In this document: positions 24,064 to 38,589 of the stretch, in pieces | Layout of the letters: every line of letters starts with the position of its first letter | Numbering within the stretch: position 1 is the first letter of the stretch | Source of the DNA: Octopus vulgaris | Taxonomy: Eukaryota | Direction of reading: 5' to 3' | NCBI GenBank assembly: GCA_951406725.2 | Contig: OX597817.1 | Span: 101,184,001 to 101,248,000, forward strand | Length of the DNA: 64,000 bases | Notes under the pieces: model-generated | The model's input: only the letters and a program-made list of their open reading frames with translations | Told to the model about the DNA's origin: nothing | The model's database searches: none | Program-made: the position numbers and the translations under genes

Positions 24064-26704
24064 AGAGAAAGTTGGTGTGTGAAAGCACGTGGTTAAATAT
24101 ATAGAAAATAGTAAAAAGTGAAAAAACTACAGAAGGCTTGTTTTAAAAGGTTAAAAAATATATATTTGAGTCATTATGTCAGAAGAATGTTATAAATTTT
24201 TTTCATACAGTGACATAGCTTTTAAAGAAATTACCGGTTTCGTGTTTAACTTCTCAAATTTCTCAAAACATTGTGTTATGATTTCGTTAAAAAGTGTAAA
24301 GAAGAGTTCCAGGTAAGGGGAGGTAATAAGTGATTTCTTCCGGTGTAAGGGAGATAATCGCTTTATATTTCTTGCCTTTTTAAAAAATTCAATGGGGTGA
24401 GTTTCTCTGTATAAGAATGTTAGAGTGGTTAAGTTTGGGCTTATATTTTTCAATGAAGAATGTTTCCTTGTTTAGTCTAATTTGTGTTGGTGTTCCAATT
24501 GCACATTGATAAAATGGAAAGATTAAATATTGTGGTAGTAGTTGCTTTGCGCATTTCTCAATATGCTCACTAAAGGGTATCATTCTGTATTCTGGGAATG
24601 CAATATGTTGTCCATGCAGTGTGCATCTACGTCTGAGTGATAGTCCCGTGGACCCCACGTAGTTTTGGTGGCAGCCCGAGCATCTTATGACATAAATTAT
24701 GTTTTCAGAGGCACAAGTAAAATTAGATTTGATCTTGAATTTTTGTCCCTCTTTGAAGAGGAATTCTGATCTTTCTAGAAGGTTTGGGCATGTTGCACAG
24801 TTTGGTCTACCACATTTTTTAACTTTTGCATCCGTAATTTCAGAAAGCAATTTTGCCTTTGTGAGAATCTTTTTAAGTGATTTAGGTTGCTTGTAGCTTT
24901 TAATGATTTTATGTATGTTTAGAATTTCCTTTAATTTGGGGTCCTTAATAAGTATTGGTAAATTCTGGGTCATGATGGTGAAGGCTTCTTTGTTTCTGGG
25001 GTTGTATGTGGATATGTAAGGCAGTATTTTCGGGGAAGGTGTGTTGTTGTGTTGAACTTTTCTTAAAGTTTCTATGTCGATTTCTGTTGTACGTCTGATC
25101 CCATCCTCTATCAGTTGAGCTGGGTAGTGTCTGTCAATTAGGGTGTTTTTGAGTTCTTGTAGTCTAAAGTTCCTGGTATTTTGTTTTGACACTATTGTGC
25201 ATATCCTTCTTGCAAGGTGTGTCTTGGGTGGCATGAATCAAAAAGTAGGTATTGTTTGGCGCCTGTGGCTTTGTAAAAAATGTCTGTTTCTATTTTAAGG
25301 TTAATTTTTTAAATTAGTATATCCAAGAATGGGAGCTCATTTTGGTTGTATTCCATTGTGAACTGTATATTTGGGTTGATGCTGTTCAATAGGTTTTTGA
25401 ATTTTAGGAGTTTATCTGTGTTTTCATTCCAGAGTATAAAACAATCGTCCAGGAATCGTTTCCAATTCTCTTTTATGTATTGAGAAAGGGGGTTTCCAAA
25501 GGTTGATAAAGATTCCTGGTAAATAATTATTTCCAGGTAGCCCATTGTTAGGTTCGCAATGACTGGTGCTGCCCTTGTACCCATAGCAATTCCGGATTTT
25601 TGACGGTAAAATGTATTGTCAAACATGAAGTGGTTATTACGTAGGATGAATTCAACCGATTTAGTAATGAATTCTTTACTGATCTATTTGGTATTTCTGC
25701 CGGAAATTGGTCCAGCCAGAACTATATTGCCTCTAGTCCATAATTATGAGGTATACTGGTATATAAATTAACTACATCAAATGAAACCATGATTGTTTCT
25801 TCCTTGGCTTTTTTTGGAAGGTGGTTTAACATATCCAAGTCATCTCTGATATGGCTATCGATATGTTTAAGGAAGGGTTTCAGGAGGATGTCCATAAATA
25901 GATTTAATCTGTGTGTTTCACAGGTTGGGCCAGCTACAATGGGTCGTAGTTTTAGGTCCCCCGGGTTAGGTGTGTGTATGTCTTTGGTGATTTTTTAATG
26001 GTTTCATTTATAATTTGGCCTTTATGAATTTTTGGCAGACCATAGAAGAGGCTAGGCTTGCATTTAAAGTTTGTTAGAAAGTCAATCTCTTTGGTTGTTA
26101 GTTCCTTTTCAGGGGTTTTAATTAGTGAAGATAGAGTTTTCATTATTTTTTGCGGGGTGTAGTCGGTGATTTTTTTCATAATGTTGATTGTCATATTAGT
26201 GAGCATATTGAGAAATGCGCAAAGCAACTACTACCACAATATTTAATCTTTCCATTTTATCAATGTGCTATTGGAACACCAACACAAATTAGACTAAACA
26301 AGGAAACATTCTTCATTGAAAAATATAAGCCCAAACTTAACCACTCTAACGTTCTTATACAGAGAAACTCACCCCATTAAATTAAAAAAAGGCAAGAAAT
26401 ATAAAGCGATTTTCTCCCTTACACCGGAAGAAATCACTTATTACCTCCCCTTACCTGGAACTCTTCTTTACACTTCTTAACGAAATCATAACACAATGTT
26501 TTGAGAAATTTGAAAAGTTAAACACGAAACCGGTAATTTCTTCAAAAACTATGTCACTGTATGAAAAAAAAATTATAACATTCTTCTGACATAATGACTC
26601 AAATATATATTTTTTAACCTTTTAAAACAAGCCTTCTGTAGTTTTTTCAGTTTTTACTATTTTCTATATATTCAACCACGTGCTTTCACACACCAACTTT
26701 CTCA

Positions 26705-26706
<2 letters not shown>
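24062..26706 (-). mobile_element. Neptune-type Penelope-like element, 5'-truncated, with an inverted about 510-bp 3'-end copy (26196-26706), in (TA)n
   Basis: RT motifs FYGLPKIHK, LRPIVAG, SFDVVNLYTSIP, GIAMGT, WKRFLDDCFILW, LPFLDI; linker CGRPNCATC; GIY-YIG NIIYVIRCSGCHQNYVGSTG..H..H..KE..FI. Arms 24062-24573 / 26196-26706. Confidence 0.93.
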
Positions 26707-26756
<50 letters not shown>

Positions 26757-26949
26757 TGTTCTTTTACTTGTTTCAGCCATCCTGCTGCTGCCATATATAT
26801 GCACAGTTTATACTTTTATTCATATTTATTTTTCTGGAAAAATATATTTGCCATGAGTTGTCGAGAAACACGTAACTAACGGAACTATAGTATGTATGCA
26901 ATAGTGGATTTTTTCTTGGACTATATGAATATATATGTTGTGTGTGTGT

Positions 26950-26986
<37 letters not shown>

Positions 26987-27349
26987 CACGTGTGCAAATG
27001 GTAAGTATGCATGAATGTATACATGTGTGTATGCATGAATTGCGTGTGTTAACCATGAACAGAGACTTAATTTTGAAATGAATTATATATTCTAAACCAG
27101 TGAAGAAGATATAGTGCACTTTCTACTAAACCTCTTCATGAATATCAATTTTAGACATTACCAAAATACACATAATTAAAGGAAACTTTAAATCACTTCG
27201 AATACATTACTAACACTTATTTGATCGTATTGGCTTGAAGGGAAAGAAATCCACGGCATTCATTGTCATAATTAATAGGGATATAACTACATATTGCAAT
27301 GAATTACTATTGTTTCTTCCAACCATTGCATTATTATTGTAACCCGAAG

Positions 27350-28062
27350 TAGCACTTTGCCTCGGGTGAGTTATTCATAAAAGGGTCAAACAATATTCAC
27401 AGGAATATTGTGTTTACCAATCATAAACATTGCACTATCAGTAGCACATGAAATTAAATTTTCATACTCTATCAAAGTATTGTACATATCCCATTAAAAG
27501 GGCCTTATTGTCAATAACTGTGCTTTCGTCAATTTGAATTGAAAAATTTGTTGTTTTCAATCTTTGAATTAGTACGTCTTCAATATGATCTGAGATTTCA
27601 TCAATTCTCCTATTGATAGAATCATTACTCAAAGATAGAGATTTAATGATAGATGAAGGATCTTGATTCATAACTTCTGATATTACTACTTCTACTGCAG
27701 GTACAATAATCTTTTCAGTCACTGTATGTGCACTATATGTTTTTGCAATAACTCCTGCAATTTTGTAGGAAGCAATCAGTCCACCCTCATTAATTTTTGT
27801 CTGATTCTTAAATAATCATTTAATAGTACTCTGATTTTCAAAATCAGTTTTCAATCCCTCAAAATATTTGATAGACTTGCCGACTTTTTCGGAGTGTTTT
27901 CTTCTCAAGTGGCCAGAGAGTGGAGAGGGCTTTATAGCTTCATGGGTCAAAGATTGATGACACAGTACAGAAAGGTTGCTTTGGGTCTGTAGAGTTCTTG
28001 ATAAAACCATATTGTAAGTACTCATCGATATACTGTCGACACTTCTTCACCGAGCCTGCCAT
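27350..28062 (-). mobile_element. hAT (Buster/Charlie, SCAND3/ZBED5-like) transposase 5' fragment
   Basis: MAGSVKKCRQYIDEYLQYGF.., KPSPLSGHLRRKH, EKIIVPA, LSLSNDSINRRIDEIS, FSIQIDEST, CATDSA. Confidence 0.85.
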
Positions 28063-28324
28063 AAAAAGTGGGTGAGAATGAATGCAAATTAGTATACATT
28101 AACTGACTATTATATCTGCGTCCGACGGTTAAGAGATAGAACGTCAGATTCAGGCGAGCGCCGTGTATCCAATGAATCACCCAGCCCGGCGGCCAGTGTC
28201 ATAATAACAAGGGTAAGAAATTTAGTGATGAATGAGTCATTATAAATCGATGAACTAAATTCTGGAAGATAGCGCACTTATTGAGGCGCATAGTTACTGT
28301 ATTTAAATTAAGAAAGTGTTCGTT

Positions 28325-28640
28325 TGATTCATAACCATAAGGTCCCGTGTTCAGTCCCACTGCATGGTATCTTGGACTCATGTCTTCTACAAAAACTCTG
28401 GACGATCAAAGTGTTGTGAATGGATTTGGTAGAAAGAAACAAAAAGAAGCCCATCGTATATGTATGTTCGTGCGAGCGTGCATGTGTATTTGTTTGTACT
28501 CTATAACGTATCGGTTCGGCCAAAAGGATGATAAAATTTGAAAAATTTAAGCAGTGGGGTCCATTTGTTCTAGTAAACCTTTCAAGGTGATGCCCCAGCA
28601 TGACTGCAGTTAAATGACTGAAACACATAAAAGATAAAAG
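28325..28640 (+). mobile_element. SINE family A, degenerate
   Basis: GTTCAGTCCCACTGC..GGATTTGGTAGA..CCAGCATGACTGCAGTTAAATGACTGAAAC. Confidence 0.7.
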
Positions 28641-28759
28641 AATGAGTTCATTCAACTTCCAAAATGTCAATGGACTTCGAAAGTTGAAATAAATTATTCG
28701 TTGAGCGATATTTAAAAAAATTCCAATTCGACGATGGCATATCGCCTCATTAAAATATT

Positions 28760-28980
28760 GGTTTTAAATTTTGGTACAAAGCCAAGAAGTTCGTGGAGAG
28801 GAGTTATGTGGATTACATCGGCCCCATTGCTCAGCTGGTAGTTATTTTATTGACCCCCCCAAAGGATGAAAGGCAAAGCCGATCTCAGCGGAATTTTAGC
28901 TCTGAAGGTAAAGACAGACGAAATACTGCAAGACATTTTGCCTGGCGTGCTAACGATTTTGCTAGCTCTCCAACTTGCCT
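28760..28980 (-). mobile_element. SINE family B
   Basis: Reverse complement of 12526-12736; imperfect flanking duplication GCCTCATTAA. Confidence 0.75.
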
Positions 28981-29365
28981 CATTAAGATCTTAAAATAAA
29001 ATCCGAAATCCAACGAAGTTAGTAACGGCCTACAAGAAGAAAAAACCACTTAGTAAGATTAGTAACGCATATTTGCAGATTGTAGAACATAAAGTTTCGT
29101 TGACTTGTTTCTTCGCCTGAAAAGGAAAACATTAGAGCAAAACCTAAACTGAAGAGACTGATTTGGTGGATCACCAAGAAGGACTGAAAATCTGGAAGAT
29201 GGATACTCTCCCTTGCCCCTATCATACAACAACATAAATAGAAAGAATTACTGTATCATGTTAATTCTTTGTTAGGAGGAAGCAGAGCTAAAATACATAG
29301 GTACAATATATGCATTCATACATATATATGTGTATGGGGCTGCCAGTGTGTGTGTGAGTGTGTGT

Positions 29366-29407
<42 letters not shown>

Positions 29408-29519
29408 ATGTGTATGCATTTATGCATGCCTATGTTTACGCGTATGGATGATTCTTTCTCTAACTATGTATCTTCGCAACGTGGGTTGGTAGATGTGTGT
29501 CTGTAATTTTTTCCGCCAC

Positions 29520-29710
29520 TCACTTTACTTCAACTTGTGACCATGCTGTTGCACCGCTATGGTGGAGTTTTAGTTGAATGAATCTACACCAGCACAGTTA
29601 TTCTAAGCCTAGCACGTATTCCATCTGTCTTTTTGCCGACCGCTAAGTTACCGGGACGTAAACAGAGCAACAGCGGTTGTCAAGCGGTGACGTGGGACAA
29701 ACACAAAGAC
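29520..29710 (-). mobile_element. SINE family A 3' half
   Basis: GCCGACCGCTAAGTTACCGGGACGTAAAC..GGTTGTCAAGCGG. Confidence 0.65.
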
Positions 29711-29907
29711 GTACACCAACACACACACACACACAAACACACAAATATGTATGCATATCTTGGTTTTATATTTAAGACCGGTTAAACGAACGAAAGCACT
29801 AATAAAGAATTATCTCAAGACTTTGACTGTCTCCTTTTTCTTAACACACACACACATATACATACATATATTCACACACACACATATATATATATGTATG
29901 TATGTAT

Positions 29908-30448
29908 ACCCCCACCCTCTCCCTATCCATATACCCCAACTCTACCCCAACCCACACCCGACCCGTGCTTTCCCCACTCTCGCCTCTCCCGCCTCCCAAC
30001 AACATCACACCACACCACACTACATCATATCACACAACACATCACATCACAACACACCACCACCCACACACCAGCACTGACCAATTCCCATCCCCACATT
30101 TTCACACCCATGCATACACACACGCACACGTCAAGACCACCAGCCCTCTTTCACACGCACATACATACTCTCTTACACACGCGCACCTTCATTTTGGGAT
30201 CACTATTACTTTGTTATCTCTCCTACTTCTTCGCTCTCCTGTGTGACCCTTCTGTCCGTCAGTCGCCATGATAGATCGGTAGCCACTACACACATTTTTT
30301 TCTCTCCTTGTTTATTTCTGTGTTCCTTTCTGTGGAAGAGCGTAAGCTCGAAACGTAAAAGAATTTTTCAATTCCCGAGCGTTATACTAATAAATCTGTT
30401 TGCTTTCTACACCACCTGTATTCGTCTTTTGTTTTTTTCGTGAATTCT

Positions 30449-30452
<4 letters not shown>
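29908..30452 (+). mobile_element. 3' tail of PLE (family of 3153-4585) with CUGUGGA hammerhead variant
   Basis: Aligns with 4060-4585; CTGTGGA-a-gagc-gtaa-gctc-GAAAC-GTA-aaag at 30330-30361; followed by (TA)n. Confidence 0.8.
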
Positions 30453-30494
<42 letters not shown>

Positions 30495-30589
30495 ACGTAC
30501 ATGCGCTTATAAGTATACACTCATCCACCCACACTTGAAACATACACATTCTCATCAAAACAAATATATATGTATATGTGTACAATCCT

Positions 30590-31050
30590 ACACACACACG
30601 CGCACCAAAAAGGTTCATACACACGTCTATATACGCATAAGCACAAGGAAAAACAGAGTTAAGGGCAACAATACAGAAAGTGTAAAGAAGTATTTAAAAA
30701 AATAAGCAATAAGAGTAAAATACGTCTATATACGCACATACCCGTATGCACGCACACACACGTCTATATACGCGCATACACGCACACGTCTATATACGCA
30801 CACACGCACACACGCGCGCACAAAAAAGTTCATACACACGTCTATATACGCACATGTAGAAGAAAAAACAGGACTAAAGGCAAAAATGTAGGAAAAAGTG
30901 TAAAACAAAATGAGTAAAACACGTCAATATAAGCACATACTCGCATGCACGCACACACACACATTTATATACGGACATACACGCAAAGACGCACACATCC
31001 ACACGCGCGCACAAAGGATTCCATATACACGTTTATATACGCCCAGTGAA
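30590..31050. repeat. Degenerate tandem repeat of about 200-215 bp built from ACACGTCTATATACGC units
   Basis: CACACGCGCAC(C)AAAAAG(G)TTCATACACACGTCTATATACGC recurs at about 30595, 30810 and 31000. Confidence 0.6.
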
Positions 31051-31685
31051 AAAGCATTCTACATTCCACTCTGCTTTTTTCCTTGTGTGTATACTGAATA
31101 CATTTGGTGTTCGTCTGGTATGTTGATTTTTTTTTTGTTTATTTTTATGTGTCGTGATAATGCTTGCACTGATGATTAAAAAGTGCATTTTGTGCACTAA
31201 TTATAAAATCATATGATCTGCAGCTGAATCTGTTTTTAAAAGGCTCACTTCGAGAATTGCATTCCCTCGCGTTCGGTAGGTGTTTATTATGGTAGTTTTG
31301 AGTTTAAGAGTCCCTGCGTGAGGCAGCATATAGATTCAGATAATCGTGAACCTGTCAGAAAGCTTAGAGTTGAATCGTTGATGCAAATTCGATGTTCTGA
31401 TGATCTGATGAGCTAGCTTATTTTATTTGCATTGACATTTGAATATATGCATATTAATGCAAACATGTAACCAGTTTTTCTTCCACACTGAAATTATTAA
31501 TAAAAGATGAAGGCTTTAAATAAATGAATTGAACTTTCATGACTCCCGACCTTTATGACTTATGCACCAAGAACAGTAAGTGTAACATACGCAAATAGCA
31601 CTACCATATGCATATGTATGCGTGTATATAAATACATATATATATGTCTATACACATGCATATGTATATATATATATATATATAT

Positions 31686-31750
<65 letters not shown>

Positions 31751-31882
31751 ATATATATAAATGCAAATTTAATGCATAAATTTGTCATTTATTCAATGAG
31801 TGAGAAATGATTATCAAGTTATTATTAAATAAATATAAACCACTAACTGTATTTTCTTCTCATAATTTCATACGGATATATA

Positions 31883-31927
<45 letters not shown>

Positions 31928-31956
31928 CTATACATATGTGTGTATATATATCTATA

Positions 31957-31990
<34 letters not shown>

Positions 31991-33040
31991 CACAAGCATA
32001 TGAGAGAGAGAGAGAGAGGAAGCGGACGTGGGTGACAGGTATAAAGTATTGTTTTTAAACAACTTCATTCTCCTCATTATATTCAGGAAATAAAATGATT
32101 AAGAAAGACTTTTCGTATTTCCTGAAATTTTCTGTTTTAATCGGATTTTATTTTATCGGATTAAAGTACTGTTTCCAGCAGATGTATGTTTCTGCTAATT
32201 TTTCAGAATCAGGCGACATTTATAGAGGAGCGGTAAAATTTAAATTTAAAGCAACACAACGCACAGTATGAAAATAATTCAGGCATTCTACTGTGCATGA
32301 TAAATTAATGTTCGAAACGGATAGGTGACTTCATTCATAGTCAACATAAAATATGCACTAGGCCTTTCTCAGAGAGTCAATTCGCTTTCTTAAAAGAACT
32401 GTAGGCTCCTAATGAATCAGAAGATTAGCTTAGATTCTAATAATATCGAGAAAGGTATCAGTTGGACATCAATTTTACTTCAACACAAAACCTGTGTTAA
32501 AGCAAATTTAAGTAGAGAGAACTAGAAGATGATTTTGTTTTTGGATATTCAAATGAGAATAACTATATTGCATGTGAAAAGCAGTTAAGTTGATAAGCTG
32601 CCAAATTCATTTGGTTTTCTTGTAAATAACAAATATATTTTAAATTCAAAATATTATTGACGAAAATTAAAAAAGGTAGAAGTATCCACTTTTGCTCATT
32701 AATTCAAAGAAATATGAAATGAGAATGTTTTGCATGCATCATCTATCATTTATCTACATTCATACCATTTTTCTATATTTAAACTCCTGCCTCATGATCA
32801 AAACAGGCTTTAGCACACTATTCTGTGCTGTAGCTAACCTTTGCCACCAAACAAAGATTACATTTGTCACTAAGTATATAAGTTGATATATTTGAAAACA
32901 ATTATCCTTAATACAGTTTTACAAGCACTTTCTTTCCATGTGAGAAGTGTATAAAGATAGATAATCCGAAAATGACCTACTGTCTTTGGCAAACATTCTC
33001 AAATGTAGCAAAGAGAAGGAAAACGTAGTGAAATTGTTGT

Positions 33041-33097
<57 letters not shown>

Positions 33098-36000
33098 CTT
33101 ATTAGCCACGCAGGGCCGAATACAGAGGGGACAATACAATGTAGTACTTTTCTTTTCGAAAGAGAACAAAAGAAAAAAATACGATCAAAAGGGGTCGAAA
33201 GCGAAATAACAATGTTCCGTTTATAATAGAGTTCCCAAAAAGGGGATTAAAAATGTAGGGCAGATTAGGTTTATCCGTGGAAAGAAAAGCCTATGAAAAC
33301 GACCACGGTAACCTCAGACTGGGAAAGAAATACATGAGAGCAAAGCTCTCTCTCTCTTGAATGTATAGGATAATGCTCAAAGTGGTTTCGTCATTCATGC
33401 GTACTATATTTGCTACATTCACCCACTTTTTATTGAAACTTTCATGAGACAAAACTTCCTTCATTCTCACCTTCCTATTCAGGTGGTACTTGAAAAAGTT
33501 GATTAGCGGTTGGCCAGAGAGGAAAGTGTTTGTCTCTAAACCATTCAAACGCGTCCACCACACACATTTTTTCACCATAGCCACCAGTACAATGAAAACT
33601 GCCTTGCCTTCCCAGTTAAAGGAAGGTGGCGGGGTAATATTCATGATAGACTCGGCCGACAACTGAATTTGTCCCACACGTGACAGCAGCCGTTCTACAT
33701 AAGCCCACATGTCTGAAACGTTTGGACATTGCACGAATGCGAGCAGAACGGTTTCGTCGCTCTGACCGCATCTCGGTCAGAGCGACTGGTCAAGTCGGTC
33801 GGTTATTTCACGAACCGTTCCTGTAGAGCTTATTCTAAACAGGCAATGCTTCCCGATAGCACTACCAGGTCAGGGATCTCTTGTGATTGTCCATAGGCCC
33901 AAAGGTGTTCCTTGTTGACGCCCAGAACGTCGTTCTCCCCAAGAACGTCGTCACACCTCCCCTCCATAGAACGCTTTTATGGAAGTAGAGTTGCACAAGT
34001 TTGGTCCCGGTCGGCAGAGTTGCTCGAGAGCATAGCGACACTCGCGGTGCCATTCTCTGTTTGATCCAAGACTGCATTTCGGCCAAAGAGACGAGCTGCA
34101 GGAAAGCGCGTCTCACAAACGGCGACCACCCCTGTTCACCGTCGTCTATGAAGCGCTAGAGATGTCGCAGTCTCAGCGCATGTCTACGCATCATCAACCA
34201 CGGCATGCCCAGCCCTTCATTTAGCAGGTGTTGACAGCAAATCAAATGGTGATGGTAGGGTCGGGACAAGGCACGACGGTCAGACATTAATAGATGACGG
34301 ACGCGATGTACGCGTACGCCACCTTCAGCTAATCTTTTAGGGATAGGTTCCTCTCGGTCCGTTGCTAGGAGAGAGTATCCACCCTACTCGTTATCTCGTC
34401 CCAGTTCTCCATTTGGAGGTCTGGTCCGAACCAGACCCGGTGCAATTTAAACGGTCCGTCGGTGCAGTGTCCCAAGATAGAGACGCTGTTGGACGGCATG
34501 GGCTTATTTCTCCAGGTGCCGAGCCGCAAGCCCACTGACTTTTCCCGGTTATCGCTCTCGTTACCGCTTCGTATTCTTTTGGTGATTCGCCGATCAAGTC
34601 AATATGCCTGTGGCTCGACACTATGACGGTGATGTCGTCCGCATATGCAGACACGCTCCTCTCACATTCCAATTCTCGTGGGATGCCCCTCAGCATCGCC
34701 AGTTTCCGCAGTAGTGTATCTAAAGTTAATACGTACAGAAGCGACGAGAGGGGTCATCCTTGATGGACCGAATTCGTTATGTTAAATGGTCTGGATAGAT
34801 GACTATTTATGCGAACTACCGATCAGATGCCGTTGTATAAGGCAGCGATCCAACCACGGAAGACGGGCGGAAATCAGCCGCTATGAGGGCAGCCTCCAAG
34901 TAACGATGGTCGACTCTATCGAAAGCTTTCGATTGACCTCAATTGATCAGTGCCCTACCCATGCCATCAGATGAAGCAGCGCATCAGATGAGGTCGTCGT
35001 GGATACTCCTGCTAAGCACGGCGCATGTTTGCCCCTTGTCGACTATTTTCTCGACGACAATCACCAACCTGTCGGCTAGCACCTTGGCCAAAATCTTCAA
35101 ATCTGCGTTGAGTAGAGTGATGGGGCTGAAATTATCTATGATGTTCCCCTTGTTAGGATCTTTCTTTAGCAGTGTTACCGCTCCTCGACTCACAAAACTG
35201 GGGATACTCCCGTTTTGCTACCAGTTGCAGTAGACCGCTGCCAAGACGCCTCTAAACAAGTCTGGCATGTGACAATAAAGCTCGTAGAGCAGACAACCCA
35301 AGCTTGGCGACTTGTCTCCTGCGCAGCCTGCCATCGCATCCCGTATGTCCGCAGCTGTGATGGGTCTTTCACAACACTCTGCCTCGCTTGCTGAGAGTCG
35401 TGGCAGGCCATGCAGGTAGGCACTAAAGTATACCCTGCGTTCTGACCCACCAGTTGTTTGTTTTTGTGTTGATGTATTCCATCAACTCTGTGTTTCTCGT
35501 ATTTATGGCTGTGACCATCGTTGCTGCATATGTTTTTGCAGTGTTGGTGTTGGTGTTGTTTGTGCTAGTGTTTGTTCGCAATGTTTTCGGGAGTTGTGCA
35601 TCTCCCTGCTTTGTTGGTGTTTGCTCCTCTTTTCTTGCGCCTCTTCCGCCTTCATATTCTGGCTATTTACCATTCCTTGCTGCTTTCGTCTTCCGACGAA
35701 ATTTCTGAGGGATCGGAAGGGGATAAGGGCATATTGTAAGCGTCTATGTATGTTTCTGTAAGTGGTTATGCTGTTGCTTTCATTGATGTTGGTTGTTGAT
35801 TGTTTGTATGTGGTGTATGTGATATAGGGGAATGGGAATCAGTTTTTGTATATTCTTTTGGTTTTTCTGTTTCTTTAGTTCCAGCTACTGTTTTTGTTGG
35901 AGTTTCAAGGTGCTGCTGCACTTTCAAGTGTTGGTGTTGGCGAGTTTGATTGGTGTGTCTGTTTCGTTGTACTCACCCTGTTGTAAGTCTTCTCTAGTGT

Positions 36001-37117
36001 GGGTAGCAGCGCATTTTTTCAGAAGTTTCTGGTTGTGGTGGTGGTGGTTGTTGTTCTTGTTTTTGTTGTTCCTTCGCTGTTGGGCACAGTATTTAGGTGC
36101 TCCTCGCTGCCAAACAGGGAACAGCGAGGCCTCCTACTTTCTACCACTACGTATAAATTATGGCCGTCTGGCAGCTCAATTTAGTCTGGGACGCTTTTTA
36201 TTGAGTTCTGGTCTATTTGCATCAGCAACTGAATGATTTTTCCCGACAGCAATCTCTAATATAGTTATGTTGTCTTTGTAACAAATGGCGGACAACAGCC
36301 ATTGTGTCTCTACTTTTGGAGAGACATTTTGGATTGAGATTTTGGTCACTCGTTGACCAAGGTATCTCGGAATCAAAACTGATTCCTCAGACTGTAGGGT
36401 GAGCGTAAGGAGTTCTTTGGCTTTTTCTTCGTTGTCGAAGTGAAATTGTATTGTCGCATATCTCTTCCACCAGTATTGTCTTATTTTTGTTTTAAGGCTT
36501 CTGCAAAATTTGATTTGTTTTTGTTGTTGCTGTTGTTGTTGCTGGTAGTGGTGGTGATAGCAGTAGGAGCAGAAATTTTGGCTATTGTGTTGATGCTGGC
36601 AGAAGAGCCATTTTGTTTTGTAGTGGTGATAGTTGGAGTCTTTTCCATACTTTCTTTGTTGTTGTTGGCGGTGATGGTGGTGGCAGTGGTGGTAGCAGTG
36701 GTAGTCTTGGTGGTGGTGGGGATGAGGGTGACAGAGCTGTTAACAATCGCTGTTGCCGTATCAATGATGTTGACAGAGTTCACCTTCGCGTCTCTCAGAT
36801 TTGCCTTTGCTTCGTTCGTATTTTCCATGTCTCTATTTGTATTCGAGTGGTGGGTGTGCGTGCAGTTGTTCTGGGGTTTTTTTCTAGCGTTTCGTGGCTA
36901 GGGAAATGCTGGTCCATGAACGAATTTGACCAGCGTTCCACTATGGAATTACTCGACATTTTTCAAAGTCGAGCAAAAAGAAAAATAGAAATTTAGATAG
37001 GGCGGGCCAATTTCTCCCTTGAAAACACATTCAAATGAAAGTTGGGTGTTTCACACATCTCGTATGCAAAGATTAAAACAAAATGTGTGCAATAAAAGGT
37101 CGAGCTGATGCAACAAC
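33098..37117 (-). mobile_element. Degenerate L1/Tx1-clade element lacking the endonuclease, embedded in (GATA)n
   Basis: RGAVTLLKKDPNKGNIIDNFSPITLLNADLKILAKVLADRL, SVSAYADDITVIVS, QLSAESIM..PP (homologous to the 15.7 kb ORF2); ORF1 remnant IPRYLGQRVTKISIQNVSPKV; (GATA)n at 33040-33097 and 37118-37226. Confidence 0.88.
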
Positions 37118-37123
37118 ATAGAT

Positions 37124-37227
<104 letters not shown>

Positions 37228-37778
37228 TAGGCAATAAAAGTTGAATAAACTTTACTAACTTTTATTTGAAATACCTTTGTATAAGGAGTAAAGTATTGCA
37301 TAGACAAACAGACCATGACTGAAACTTTACTAGAATCAAAAACAAAATTCAAATTATCTATCACTGTCATTGTAGAGGTAAATTTAAATTATTTCTATTT
37401 TTCCGTTTTAATTGATTATAAGTTAGGCAGTGTGTCTTGATTGTTAATACAAATGCACCCATAATGTTAATATTCTGCTTCGTGCACAATAACAGAGATA
37501 AAACCAGTCTTTATTATTTTACAAAGAGACAAGAAATATTCAACAAATATTCTGTATATAAGAAAATCGATTCCGTTTGGAAGAATGGAGCTTTTGCTTT
37601 GTGGATGAGATTGAAAATAGTATAAAAAGAAGCAATTTGCATATTTAATCACACTTTATCACAAAGGAAATGGAGTTAATTAGATACATCTGTATCAGTA
37701 TAGTTCTATATAGACAGCAAAACATTTATGAAATATATAAACTTGAATGAAAAAGTATTTAAAATACTGAAAATATAA

Positions 37779-38144
37779 TTAAGTTAGTCTTCTTTTTTTC
37801 TTATTTGAATCCGAAGGTATCTTTTGAAGAATATTCTCAAACCTGGCAAAGTGAAAGAAATTAAAGTAGCATAAATTTCAAGTGCGTAAAATTACATTAT
37901 CATCTCCATTTTCTAGTATACACAAATTTCAGCAAGTACAGCTGCGATTGAATAACTATATATAAGGTGTTAAAATATTGTTCTTGGAGAGTATTTTCAT
38001 AAACTTTATTTCTAATAATAGGTTTACTTTTTTAACCGAGCTTCGTTTCTGATTGTGTTCGTAATTTCTTGTAATAATTGATTTGAAGAAGTGATGACAT
38101 ACAAGCATCTGATACATTTTTTCTTGATAAATATTTTAAACCAT
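37779..38144 (-). CDS. Candidate last two exons of an unidentified host gene or pseudogene (38144-38028; 37842-37779)
   Basis: 117-bp phase 2-2 exon, 185-bp GT..AG intron with a TTTCTTTCACTTTGCCAG acceptor; spliced frame WFKIFIKKKCIRCLYVITSSNQLLQEITNTIRNEARLKK|FENILQKIPSDSNKKKRRLT*. No recognisable homology. Confidence 0.3.
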
Positions 38145-38589
38145 CTTCAAAATGTCAATACAGATTAAGGATTTAATTATCGATATTATTACTGATATTA
38201 TTCGAATTTTTGAAAAATTATATTTGAGACTTTGCTTTTCAATTTGAAACAAATATAGTAAGTTGAAAACTCGCAATTTTGACTTGGTCATTTAGAGATT
38301 GCATTTTCAAAGCTTACAGTAAAATAAACATTAATTTTGAGGTTCTAATTTTTTTTCTTCTTTCTTTGCTAATATCTTGATACCATAATGCTTAAATTCG
38401 AATTGAGTTTACCCGATTAAAATGAGTTTATATCAGACCCGTATAGGTTACTGCATATACTATATAAATTCAAAAGCGGCAAGGAATATGCATTTTGTCT
38501 ATGAAAATGAAACTTTAAGTGCCCAGGCCTGCCAGCGATGGTTTGAGCAGCTTCATGAGAGAAAGTTTTCTCTCGCAGACGCCCCTCAA

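Noticed and set aside
24389-26227. Naiad-type (N-terminal endonuclease, selenoprotein) PLE
   Set aside because: The endonuclease is C-terminal to RT with a CxxxxCxxC linker, and the disruptions are frameshifts rather than a series of in-frame TGA codons.
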